Origin: an uncultured Actinomycetota bacterium
GTDB taxonomy: Bacteria > Actinomycetota > Actinomycetes > JACCUZ01
Direction of reading: 5' to 3'
Assembly (NCBI GenBank): GCA_963728425.1
Contig: CAVSKC010000002.1
Coordinates: forward strand, 74,806-138,805
DNA length: 64,000 bases
A program made the translations under genes and the position numbers. Positions 6,160 to 14,413 of this stretch are shown here, in pieces (the stretch's first letter is position 1; each line of letters starts with the position of its first letter). The notes under the pieces are model-generated. The model had not been told where the DNA came from. It worked only from the letters and a program-made list of their open reading frames with translations, and ran no database searches.

Positions 6160-7857
6160 TTACCCGGCGTCGGCGAGGCCGCACAGGTGCGGTTTGGTGT
6201 CGACCACCAGCACCGAGCCGTCCCGCTTGGCCTTGTACAGCGCCGCGTCGGCGGCACGGTAGAGCCGGGCCGCGTCGACCGGACGGGACGCGGCCTGGTC
6301 GGCGGGTTCGGTCGCGACCGCCATCCCGATGCTCGCGCCGACGACGAGGCCGTCGACGATCTCCGACCACGGCTCGGCCGCGATCGCTGCCACGAGGTCG
6401 GCAGCGCGCTGCTGGGCGGCGGCCAGCGTCAGGTGCTCGTCCTCGAGCAGGATCGCGAACTCGTCGCCGCCGTGGCGGACCGCCAGGTCGCCGGGACGTA
6501 CCGCGGCGAGCAGCAGCCGGCCGAACCGGCGCAGCACCTCGTCGCCGTAGTCGTGCCCGTGCGTGTCGTTGACCGCCTTGAAGTCGTCCAGGTCGACGAG
6601 CAGCAGAGCCGTCGGGCGCTGGCGTGAGGGGGTCCGGCGGTCCAGCCAGGCGTCGAACGTACGCCGGTTGTGCAGCCCCGTGAGCGGGTCCGTGTTGACC
6701 GCGTGCGACAGCCGGTCGTGCTCGCCCCGCCGGCGCTCCGCGGCGATCTGGGTTCGCGCCGCGACCAGCACCGCCAGCCGCGACTCCCAACGCAGCCGAC
6801 CGAGCAGCGCCGCGTGGTCCTGCTGCGCCTGCACGGCCGCCGACGGCGCGGGACCCGACAGCACCTGGGCGCGGACCCAGAGCGGGAAGCTCCGCGCGCC
6901 GGACGAGGCCGACGACGCCGGCGCCAGCTGGTCGGCTGCGGCGGCCGCTGCCGACGCCTGACCCGCGCGACTCAGCGCCAGCGCGGTTGCGGCGTCGAGC
7001 AGGGGCAGCACCTCGATGTCGGCCCCGTCGGCGAGCACCTGACGGAGGTCGGCGAGGGCGGCGGTGTCGGGGGGCGCGCCGGTCAGCAGGCCGGCCACCA
7101 CGGCCAGCGCCTCGACGTCGCGCCGCCACAACGGCGGCAGAGCCTCGGTGAGCGCGTACGGGACGGCGGCGACGGCCTGGTCCAGCCGATGCCGGGCCGC
7201 TGTCTCGTCCCCGTTCTCCAGCAGAGCCACGGCCCACTCGACCTTGGTCAGCACCCGGTTCACCGCGATCGCGGCCGACTGGGCCGGCCCCTCACAGAGC
7301 GGCTCCAGGTCGCTGGCCCGGCTGTACAGCTCGTCCACGAGCTCCCACAGCCGCAGCGTGTTGAAGGCGGCGGCGATGACCACGTAGCCGGTGCACCGGT
7401 CCAGCGGCGGCTGGTCGCCATCGTCCAACAGCGCCACCGCGCGGCTGGCGTCGGCCATCAGCCGGGCCGTGTCGCCGACCGACGAGGCGGCCAGGCCCCG
7501 CAGGCCGAGCACGATCGCGAGCAGGGCGGGCGCCTCGAGCGCCGTGGCCCGGTCGACCAGGGTGTCCAGGTCACCGGGCAGCAGCCCGGGACGGCCCGGC
7601 GCGGCGGGACGGGAGATCGCGTGCACAACGGCGGCAGCGTCCAGGACCAGGGTGACCTCGGGCCAGCCGCGGGCCTGCGCCGCGACCCGGGCCGCCGGCA
7701 GCGCCGCCAGCGCGGCTGCGTGCTGCTCGCTCTGCACGGCCTCGAACAGCGCGTACGCCGCCAGGTAGGCAGCCCGTCGCGACACATCCACCCCCGCCCG
7801 ATGCGCCCCTGTCACAAGTTCCCATCGACCGGTCGATGGGCCGGCTTGACCCGGCAT
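6160..7857 (-). CDS. Diguanylate cyclase (GGDEF) with long helical N-terminal sensor region
   Basis: Track ORF 6160..8178 trimmed to the ATG at 7855-7857. The C-terminus DPLTGLHNRRTFDAWL...ALLLVDLDDFKAVNDTHGHDYGDEVLRRFGRLL...RHGGDEFAILL is a GGDEF domain. The start is uncertain. Confidence 0.75.
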   Translation of the reverse strand: MPGQAGPSTGRWELVTGAHRAGVDVSRRAAYLAAYALFEAVQSEQHAAALAALPAARVAAQARGWPEVTLVLDAAAVVHAISRPAAPGRPGLLPGDLDTLVDRATALEAPALLAIVLGLRGLAASSVGDTARLMADASRAVALLDDGDQPPLDRCTGYVVIAAAFNTLRLWELVDELYSRASDLEPLCEGPAQSAAIAVNRVLTKVEWAVALLENGDETAARHRLDQAVAAVPYALTEALPPLWRRDVEALAVVAGLLTGAPPDTAALADLRQVLADGADIEVLPLLDAATALALSRAGQASAAAAAADQLAPASSASSGARSFPLWVRAQVLSGPAPSAAVQAQQDHAALLGRLRWESRLAVLVAARTQIAAERRRGEHDRLSHAVNTDPLTGLHNRRTFDAWLDRRTPSRQRPTALLLVDLDDFKAVNDTHGHDYGDEVLRRFGRLLLAAVRPGDLAVRHGGDEFAILLEDEHLTLAAAQQRAADLVAAIAAEPWSEIVDGLVVGASIGMAVATEPADQAASRPVDAARLYRAADAALYKAKRDGSVLVVDTKPHLCGLADAG

Positions 7858-8272
7858 GAACCCCGTCACCCGCGACCTTGCCACACTGGTCGCCCGGAGG
7901 GAGGCGGAGTCGCAGATGGTGGACCACCAGCCCGTCTTCGTGCTGCACGAGCACCACAAGCCACGCCACCACTTCGACCTCCGGCTCGAGGAGGATGGCG
8001 TCCTGCGCTCCTGGGCTGTCCCCCGCGGGCTCCCGGACAGCCCCTCCGACGACCGCCTGGCCGTCGAGGTGGACGACCACGACCTCGAGCACGCGACGTA
8101 CACCGATGCCGACAAGTCGATCGCCGACCACGGCTGGTGGGAGGAGCACGACCGCAACGACCGCCGGATCCTGCTCACCCTGCACGGCGAGCACGGTGCC
8201 CGCCGCTACGCCCTGATCCGCACCGACCGCGACTGGCTGCTGCACCTGACCAAGGAACAGCCGGCCCGCTGA
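7856..8272 (+). CDS. Stand-alone LigD-type 3'-phosphoesterase (PE) domain protein
   Basis: Track ORF. PVFVLHEHHKPRHHFDLRLEEDGVLRSWAVPRGLP...HGARRYALIR is the PE-domain signature. The true start is possibly the ATG at 7916 (MVDHQP). Confidence 0.7.
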   Translation: MNPVTRDLATLVARREAESQMVDHQPVFVLHEHHKPRHHFDLRLEEDGVLRSWAVPRGLPDSPSDDRLAVEVDDHDLEHATYTDADKSIADHGWWEEHDRNDRRILLTLHGEHGARRYALIRTDRDWLLHLTKEQPAR

Positions 8273-8317
8273 GCCGGAGTTGACTCATCAGCCTGGACTG
8301 GTGTGTCCTAGGCCGCG

Positions 8318-8611
8318 ATGACCGTCGCCGCGACCCTGCAGATCCTGGCCGACCCGGTCCGGGCCGCCATCCTCGAGCGGCTGGCGACCGAGTCGCTGTG
8401 CGTCTGCCACTTGCAGGACGAGCTGGGCGCCAAGCAGACCCTCGTCTCCCACCACCTGCGGGCCCTGCGCGAGGCGGGCCTGGTGCTGGCCGAGCCGTGC
8501 GGCCGGTTCACCTACTACCGGCTGACCCCCGGCGCCTTCGACGCGGTCCGTGACAGCGTGGCCGGGCTGGCCGCCGCCAGCGCGGCCGACGTGCCGCGGC
8601 GGCCGTGCTGA
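8318..8611 (+). CDS. arsR: ArsR family metalloregulator
   Basis: Track ORF. LADPVRAAILERLATESLCVCHLQDELGAKQTLVSHHLRALREAGLV has the CVC metal-binding motif. It is the first gene of the ars operon. Confidence 0.85.
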   Translation: MTVAATLQILADPVRAAILERLATESLCVCHLQDELGAKQTLVSHHLRALREAGLVLAEPCGRFTYYRLTPGAFDAVRDSVAGLAAASAADVPRRPC

Positions 8612-9294
8612 TGACCGCGCCGCTCCCCCGCCGGCTGCTCGCCGAAGGTGTCGGCACCGCACTGCTGGTCACGGTCGTTGTGGGCTCCGGCATCGCCGCG
8701 CAACAGCTGTCGCCCGACGACGTCGGCCTGCAGCTCCTGGAGAACAGCATCGCCACGATGCTCGGGCTCGGCGTGCTGGTCGCGCTGCTCGGACCGGTCT
8801 CGGCGCACCTCAACCCGGTCATCTCCGCCGCCGACTGGTGGCTCGGCCGCCGCGGCGGCACCGGTCTGGGCGGCCGCGACCTCACGGCGTACGCGGTGGT
8901 GCAGACCGCCGGCGGCGTCCTCGGCTGCCTGCTCGCCAACGCGATGTACGACGTGCCGGTGCACCTCGCGACCACCGACCGGTCCGGGGCACACCTGCTG
9001 GTCGGCGAGGTCGTGGCGACCGCCGGACTGGTGGCGCTCGTGGTCGCGCTGGCCCGCACCGGCCGGCTGGCGCTCGCGGCGCCGGCCGTCGGCGCCTACA
9101 TCGGGGCTGCCTACTGGTTCACGTCCTCGACCTCGTTCGCCAACCCGGCGGTGACGGTGGGGCGCGCGTTCTCCGACACGTTCGCGGGCATCGCGCCGTC
9201 GTCGGTGCCGGGGTTCGTGCTCGCGCAGCTGGTCGGTGCCGTGGTCGGTGTCGCACTGGCCGTCACCCTCTACCCGAAGGAAGCCACGCCGTGA
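8605..9294 (+). CDS. MIP-family aquaglyceroporin (arsenite channel candidate)
   Basis: Track ORF. It has two NPx boxes (HLNPVIS, FANPAVT) and six hydrophobic segments. The start is at 8605 or the ATG at 8611, overlapping the arsR stop. Confidence 0.85.
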   Translation: MLMTAPLPRRLLAEGVGTALLVTVVVGSGIAAQQLSPDDVGLQLLENSIATMLGLGVLVALLGPVSAHLNPVISAADWWLGRRGGTGLGGRDLTAYAVVQTAGGVLGCLLANAMYDVPVHLATTDRSGAHLLVGEVVATAGLVALVVALARTGRLALAAPAVGAYIGAAYWFTSSTSFANPAVTVGRAFSDTFAGIAPSSVPGFVLAQLVGAVVGVALAVTLYPKEATP

Positions 9295-9719
9295 CCGACA
9301 AGCCCAGCATCCTGTTCGCCTGCCGCGCCAACGCCGGGCGGTCGGTGACCGGCAAGGTGCTCGCGCAGCACTACGCCGGCTCGGCCGCGGACGTCTTCTC
9401 CGCAGGCTCCGAGCCCGGCGACGCGGTGCACCCCGAGGTCGCGGCCGTGCTGTCGTCGCTCGGGCTCGACACCAGCAGCGAGACGCCCAAGCCGTTCGAC
9501 CCGGCCGCGACCTACACGGCGGTCGTGACGATGGGCTGCGGCGAGGAGTGCCCTTACTACGCCGGCGCGACCTACCAGGACTGGGAGCTCGACGACCCGA
9601 AGGGGCAGGACGAGGCCACCGTCCGGCGCATCGTCGGTGAGATCGACGACCGGGTACGCCGATTGCTCGCCGACCTCCTGCCCGACCTGTCACTGCCGCC
9701 GGCGGTTACGCGCAACTGA
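9291..9719 (+). CDS. arsC: Arsenate reductase, LMW-PTPase family
   Basis: The GTG at 9291 overlaps the upstream stop (GTGA). VTDKPSILFACRANAGRSVTGKVLAQ... carries the CX5R(S/T) P-loop. This is the C-terminal part of track ORF 8550..9719. Confidence 0.85.
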   Translation: MTDKPSILFACRANAGRSVTGKVLAQHYAGSAADVFSAGSEPGDAVHPEVAAVLSSLGLDTSSETPKPFDPAATYTAVVTMGCGEECPYYAGATYQDWELDDPKGQDEATVRRIVGEIDDRVRRLLADLLPDLSLPPAVTRN

Positions 9720-9752
9720 CGTCCAGCGGCAGGACCGCCGCAGGGTCAGCCC

Positions 9753-9928
9753 AAAGCGGACCGGCTGCCGTTGTGCTGCCATCGGCGTGACAGGAAGCGG
9801 ACCGGCTTCCGTCGTGTCTCCCGCACCGCTAACCGGTCCGCTTCGGCTTTGGCCGCGCTCGACCACCCGCTCGGCCCGAAGCGGACCGGCTGGCGTGGTG
9901 TCCGATGGGCCGTTAGCCGGTCCGCTTC
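9753..9928. repeat. Intergenic array of five AGCGGACCGGCT motifs (three direct, two inverted) forming two long hairpins
   Basis: Direct copies are at 9755-9766, 9796-9807 and 9880-9891. Inverted copies are at 9831-9844 and 9915-9926. Stems pair 9794-9805 with 9833-9844 and 9878-9891 with 9915-9928. Confidence 0.8.
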
Positions 9929-10096
9929 TGCTTAGCCCCGCGACGGAACTCGCGCGCAGCTACGTCAGAGCGGCTCGACCGGCGTACCAGAATGGAACAG
10001 GTCCGGGAGGCGGTGTCGGATCAAGGCAGAGGCGTTCGTTGCAGGGGTGAGCGGCCGCCCACGAGGGGCGCCCCACAGCACAGGAGATGATCCGAG

Positions 10097-10420
10097 ATGC
10101 AGTACTTGGTTTCCGTGATCGACGACGGCACCGGCCCGGCTACCCCGACGGAGGACGCTGCCATCGACGTGTTCAACGACCGGCTCCGGGACGAGGGCTA
10201 CTGGGTCTTCGCCGGCGGCCTCGGGTCGCCCGAACCGGCCACCGTCATCGACAACAGGGGTGAGAAGCCGGTGTTCACCGACGGGCCCTTCGTGGAGTCG
10301 AAGGAGTACCTCGCCGGCTTCTGGATCATCGAGGCCCCCGACCTGGACGTGGCGCTCAAGCTCGCCGCCGAGGGATCGAGGGCCTGCAACCGGAAGATCG
10401 AGGTGCGGCCGTTCCTGTGA
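10097..10420 (+). CDS. YCII-related (YciI family) protein
   Basis: Track ORF. MQYLVSVIDD...GPFVESKEYLAGFWIIEAPDLDVALKLA. Confidence 0.85.
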   Translation: MQYLVSVIDDGTGPATPTEDAAIDVFNDRLRDEGYWVFAGGLGSPEPATVIDNRGEKPVFTDGPFVESKEYLAGFWIIEAPDLDVALKLAAEGSRACNRKIEVRPFL

Positions 10421-11658
10421 GCGGGATCGACGTCCAGGAGGCGATCACCCGGGCCCACCAGGAGGAGTGGGCACGGGTGGTGGCCGGTCTGACGAGGCGG
10501 TTCGGTGACCTCGACATCGCGGAGGAGGCAGCAGCCGAGGCGTTCGCGACGGCCGTCGAGCGGTGGCCGGCCGACGGCGTGCCCCCCAACCCCGGCGCCT
10601 GGCTGACCACCACCGCCACCCGCAAGGCCATCGACCGGATCCGGCGCGAGAGCAAGCGCGACGACAAGCAGAAGGAGGCTCAGATGGTGTACGACGTCGC
10701 CCCGCCCGAGCCGGTCGGCGTCATCGAGGACGAGCGGCTCCGGCTGATCTTCACCTGCTGTCACCCGGCGCTCGCGACGGAGTCCCGGGTGGCGCTCACC
10801 CTGCGCATGGTCGGCGGTCTGACCGTGCCCGAGATCGCCCGCGCCTTCCTGGTCCAGGAGGCCACTGTGGGGCAGCGGATCACCCGCGCCAAGGCGAAGA
10901 TCAAGGTCGCTCGGATCCCGTATCGGGTGCCGTCCGCGGAGGATCTCCCGGCGCGCGTCTCCGGCGTGCTCGCCGTCCTCTTCCTCGTCTTCAACGAGGG
11001 CTACCTGGCGACCGGCCCCGACACCGATCCCGTACGCCACGAGCTGACCGCCGAGGCGATCCGGCTCACTCGCCTGGTCCGTGCCCTCATGCCGGAGGAC
11101 GGTGAGGTGGCCGGGCTGCTGGCCCTGATGCTCCTCACCGAGGCCCGCCGCACCGCCCGGGTCTCGGCGAGCGGCGAGCTGGTCACCCTCGACGAGCAGG
11201 ACCGCGGGGCCTGGGACTCGGCGCTGGTCGCCGAGGGTCATCGGCTGGTGCGCGAGCGCTTAGCAGCCAGTGCCGCCGGGGTGGCTCCGGGTCGCTACCA
11301 GATCCTCGCCGCGATCAATGCCGTGCACACCTCCGCCCGCGACGTACGCGACACCGACTGGTCGCAGGTCGTCGCCCTCTACGACCAGCTCGTCCGCCTC
11401 GACCCCTCGCCGATCGTCGCCCTCAACCGGGCCGTCGCCGTCGCCGAGCTCGACGGCCCGGAGGTGGCACTGGCGACCGTCGACCGGCTCGAGGACAGGT
11501 TGGCCGGCTATCACGCCTACCACGCGACCCGCGCCGACCTGCTGCGCCGGCTGGGCTGCAGTCAGCAGTCGCGCGCGGCGTACGACAGAGCCATCGAGCT
11601 CGCGGGCAACACCGCCGAGACCGCCTACCTGACACGCCGGCGCGACCAACTGGGGTAG
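10417..11658 (+). CDS. RNA polymerase sigma-70 family factor of the YciI-associated class (ECF-like N-terminus, long TPR-like C-terminus)
   Basis: Track ORF, 413 aa. The GTGA overlap with yciI is the typical pairing. AWLTTTATRKAIDRIRRE and LRLIFTCCHPAL motifs are present. Confidence 0.8.
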   Translation: MSGIDVQEAITRAHQEEWARVVAGLTRRFGDLDIAEEAAAEAFATAVERWPADGVPPNPGAWLTTTATRKAIDRIRRESKRDDKQKEAQMVYDVAPPEPVGVIEDERLRLIFTCCHPALATESRVALTLRMVGGLTVPEIARAFLVQEATVGQRITRAKAKIKVARIPYRVPSAEDLPARVSGVLAVLFLVFNEGYLATGPDTDPVRHELTAEAIRLTRLVRALMPEDGEVAGLLALMLLTEARRTARVSASGELVTLDEQDRGAWDSALVAEGHRLVRERLAASAAGVAPGRYQILAAINAVHTSARDVRDTDWSQVVALYDQLVRLDPSPIVALNRAVAVAELDGPEVALATVDRLEDRLAGYHAYHATRADLLRRLGCSQQSRAAYDRAIELAGNTAETAYLTRRRDQLG

Positions 11659-11673
11659 TGCCCGTGCGCTCAG

Positions 11674-12456
11674 TCAGAGCACGGCGAGCATGCCGCCGTC
11701 GACGTAGACGACCTGGCCGTTGACGAAGTCCGCCGCCGGGCTGACCAGCCACAGCAGCGGCCCGACCAGGTCCGCCACCTCGCCCCACCGCCCGGCCGGC
11801 GTCCGGCCGCGCACCCAGGCGCTGAACTCCTTGTCCGCCACCAGGTCCGCAGTCAGCTCGGTCACGAGGTAGCCGGGGCCGAGCCCGTTGACCTGGATGC
11901 CGTGCGGCGCGAGGTCCGCGCACATCCCCTTGGTCAGCATCTTCAGCGCGCCCTTGGTGGCGGCGTAGGGCGCGATGCCCGGCCGGGCGACCTCGCTCTG
12001 CAGCGAGCAGACCGTGACGATCTTGCCTTGGCGCCGCGGCACCATCCGCCGGCCGACCTCGCGGGCGACCAGGAAGGTGCTGGTGAGGTTGGTGTCCAGC
12101 AGCCGGAACCAGTCGTCGTCGGCGAAGTCCAGGAACGTACGCCGGTGCTGGGCGCCCGTGTTGCACACGACGATGTCCAGCGGTCCGGCGACCTCCTCCA
12201 CCTGCGCGACACCCGCCACCACCGCGGCCGGGTCGGCGTTGTCGAAGGCCACGGCGTGCACCGCACCGCCACCGGCGTCGGCGGCCGACTGCAGCGATGC
12301 CCGGGCCGCCTCGAGGGCAACGCCGTCACGACCGTTGATGACCACCGTGCAGCCGGCGTGCAGCAGCCCGGCCGCAAGGCCGAGCCCGATGCCGCGGCTC
12401 GACCCCGTCACCAGAGCCACCCGCCCCGTGATGTCGAACAGCGGGTGCGCGGTCAC
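11674..12456 (-). CDS. SDR family oxidoreductase (gluconate 5-dehydrogenase-like)
   Basis: Track ORF. It has the TGSSRGIG Rossmann motif and the YAATKGAL catalytic motif. Confidence 0.85.
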   Translation of the reverse strand: MTAHPLFDITGRVALVTGSSRGIGLGLAAGLLHAGCTVVINGRDGVALEAARASLQSAADAGGGAVHAVAFDNADPAAVVAGVAQVEEVAGPLDIVVCNTGAQHRRTFLDFADDDWFRLLDTNLTSTFLVAREVGRRMVPRRQGKIVTVCSLQSEVARPGIAPYAATKGALKMLTKGMCADLAPHGIQVNGLGPGYLVTELTADLVADKEFSAWVRGRTPAGRWGEVADLVGPLLWLVSPAADFVNGQVVYVDGGMLAVL

Positions 12457-12749
12457 CGCCGCATCATCCCGCTCGCTGGCCGGGACGCCAGACGGCAGGC
12501 GCTCTGTCTACGCGGGGTCGCGCGCCGCCCATCCCCCGCCGGCGACGCGCGACCCCACCCAGTCACCCGGGGCCACCGGGTAAGCACTCGGCAGGTTCGC
12601 CGGCGGTGCAGGCAGGGGACCGCCCCTGTTCGGCCCCTACCCGACACCATCCTCGGCTTCTACCAGGGCGCCTCGTCAAGAGTGTCTTGACGATGTGTCA
12701 CCATGCGAGTCATGCCGGACGGTGCGCGGAACCGCAGCCGACGGGCAGG

Positions 12750-12872
12750 TCAGCAGCAGCGCGGCGGCAGGGACTGGGCGCCGCCACCATCCGCGACCGC
12801 CGGCGACGACACGCCACCGGACAACACCAGCGCGAGCGCCACGGCGACGGCCATGGCAATCTTCTTGATCAT
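12750..12872 (-). CDS. Unlisted 40-codon ORF encoding a Sec-type pro-peptide ending in Cys-Cys
   Basis: MIKKIAMAVAVALALVLSGGVSSPAVADGGGAQSLPPRCC. ATG at 12870-12872 with GGGAG 5 nt upstream. It has a K-rich n-region, a hydrophobic core and an AVA|D cleavage-type site. About 36 of 40 third positions are G/C. TGA at 12750-12752. Confidence 0.55.
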   Translation of the reverse strand: MIKKIAMAVAVALALVLSGGVSSPAVADGGGAQSLPPRCC

Positions 12873-12913
12873 CTTGACTCCCGTGTCAGAGAATCTGACA
12901 CCTCAGAGTCAAG
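12873..12913. promoter_or_regulatory. Compound nested palindrome in the divergent promoter region (candidate operator or 5'-UTR hairpin)
   Basis: CTTGACTC cc GTGTCAGA gaa TCTGACAC ctca GAGTCAAG. A third TGTCAGA half-site is at 12942-12948. The related palindrome CGTCAAGA gtg TCTTGACG is at 12674-12692. Confidence 0.6.
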
Positions 12914-13024
12914 GCTCGTTGTCGACGGCAGTCAATGGGCCTGTCAGAATGACTGCGATGCGTGGTCACGTCCGCACGGAGTGTCCTGGCTCTTCCCCGC
13001 CGACCAACCCTGGAGGCTGCCCCC

Positions 13025-14395
13025 ATGCACCCGGCGTCGGACCTCGGAACCTTCGGCAGCAGGCTGCACGCGGCACGGCTCCAGGCCGGCCTGTCCCAGG
13101 CAGAGCTCGCCGGCGACGACTTCCACTCCAGCTACGTGTCGCTGCTCGAGTCGGACAAGCGGACCCCGACCCACGACATCGTCGCGGCCGTCGCCCTCCG
13201 CCTCGGCGTGAGCGAGGACTACCTGCTGCACGGCGACGACCCGGTGCTGGCCAACCAGGTCGCCCTGGCCGTCACCTACGCCGAGATCGCCGTCCGCAAC
13301 GGCGAGGCGGCAGATGCACTCGCCCAGATCGACACCCTCATCGCCCGCGGTGGACGGTTGTCACCGCGGCTGCACGCGCAGGCGCATCGAGTCCGCGCGC
13401 AGGCGCTCGAGGCCGTCGGCCGCCTCCGGGACGCTGCCACCGAACTCGAGGAGCTCGCCGCCGCCGCCCAGCACGGGCATCGTTGGAACGACTACCTCGC
13501 CATCACCGTTGACCTGGTCCGCTGCTATCAGCAGGCCGGCGACGTCGACCACTCGATCGACCTGGCGCGGTCGGCTCTGAGTGAAGTCAGCGGCCTGGGA
13601 CTGGCCGGATCGGACGAGCACGCCCGACTGGCCTCGACCCTCGTCGGCAGCTACTACGTGCGCGGCGACCTGACCAAGGCGGCCATCGAGGCCCGGCAGG
13701 CCCTGGAAGCTGTCGAGAGCCGCGGCTCCGCCACCGCCCGGGGGTCAGTCCTCTGGAACGCCTCACTCGTCGCCGAGGCCGCTGGCAACATCGACGAGGC
13801 ACTGGCCTTGGCCGAGCGAGCCCTCGCGTTGTTCGCCGACGGCGACGACGAGCGCGCACTTGCCAGACTTCAGGTCGCCTACGCCTGGCTCCTCCTGCGC
13901 ACGACACCCCCGCAGCCGCAGGAGGCACGCAAACTGCTGACCAAGGCCCACAAGAAGCTCAAGGACGTCGGCGCCGCCGCGGACCTGGCCTCCGTCGAGA
14001 CCGAGCTGGCAGTCGCCGCCCTCATGCTCGACGAACCCGAACGGGCGCTGAGCCTGGTCGACGACGCCAGCAACCGGCTCACCGACGACAGCCCCATCGA
14101 GCAGGCCACCGCACGACTCGTCCGCGGCCGGGTACTCATGTCGATGCGACGTAGGGCCCAGGCCACCAAGGAGTACCGGGCCGCTGCTGAGACTCTCGCG
14201 CAGACCACGTCCGGGCGCACCGCGGCCGCCGCCTGGCGGGAGCTCGCCGACGCGTACGTCCGCCTCGGCATGGTCGAGGACGCCGCCTTGGCCTACCAGC
14301 AGGCGCTCACCGACGTCGGCATCACCGCGGCCCCGGGCGTCGACGACCCAACCAGCCGGCGCGAGCCGACCACCACCTCACCGCGCGACCGCTGA
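13025..14395 (+). CDS. XRE-family HTH regulator with about 400-aa TPR-like C-terminal region
   Basis: ATG at 13025 with GGAGG 8 nt upstream (track ORF 12962..14395). FGSRLHAARLQAGLSQAELAGDDFHSSYVSLLESDKRTPTHDIVAAVALRLGVSEDYL is an XRE HTH. The remainder is repeated helical A/L-rich pairs. Confidence 0.8.
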   Translation: MHPASDLGTFGSRLHAARLQAGLSQAELAGDDFHSSYVSLLESDKRTPTHDIVAAVALRLGVSEDYLLHGDDPVLANQVALAVTYAEIAVRNGEAADALAQIDTLIARGGRLSPRLHAQAHRVRAQALEAVGRLRDAATELEELAAAAQHGHRWNDYLAITVDLVRCYQQAGDVDHSIDLARSALSEVSGLGLAGSDEHARLASTLVGSYYVRGDLTKAAIEARQALEAVESRGSATARGSVLWNASLVAEAAGNIDEALALAERALALFADGDDERALARLQVAYAWLLLRTTPPQPQEARKLLTKAHKKLKDVGAAADLASVETELAVAALMLDEPERALSLVDDASNRLTDDSPIEQATARLVRGRVLMSMRRRAQATKEYRAAAETLAQTTSGRTAAAAWRELADAYVRLGMVEDAALAYQQALTDVGITAAPGVDDPTSRREPTTTSPRDR

Positions 14396-14413
14396 CAGAC
14401 ACCAGGGGGGACC

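Noticed and set aside
6062-9693. Long alternative-frame ORFs (6062..7237 minus, 6670..8283 plus, 8515..9693 minus, 8550..9719 plus N-terminal part).
   Set aside because: They have the same Arg/Pro/Gly composition and overlap the GGDEF, PE-domain and ars genes, which have strong family signatures. Only the last 143 codons of 8550..9719 (arsC) are real.
9753-9928. The repeated motif array as a possible CRISPR array.
   Set aside because: The repeats are only 12-30 nt and irregularly spaced, two are inverted copies that pair with direct ones, and no cas genes are present. Hairpin or REP-like structure explains it better.
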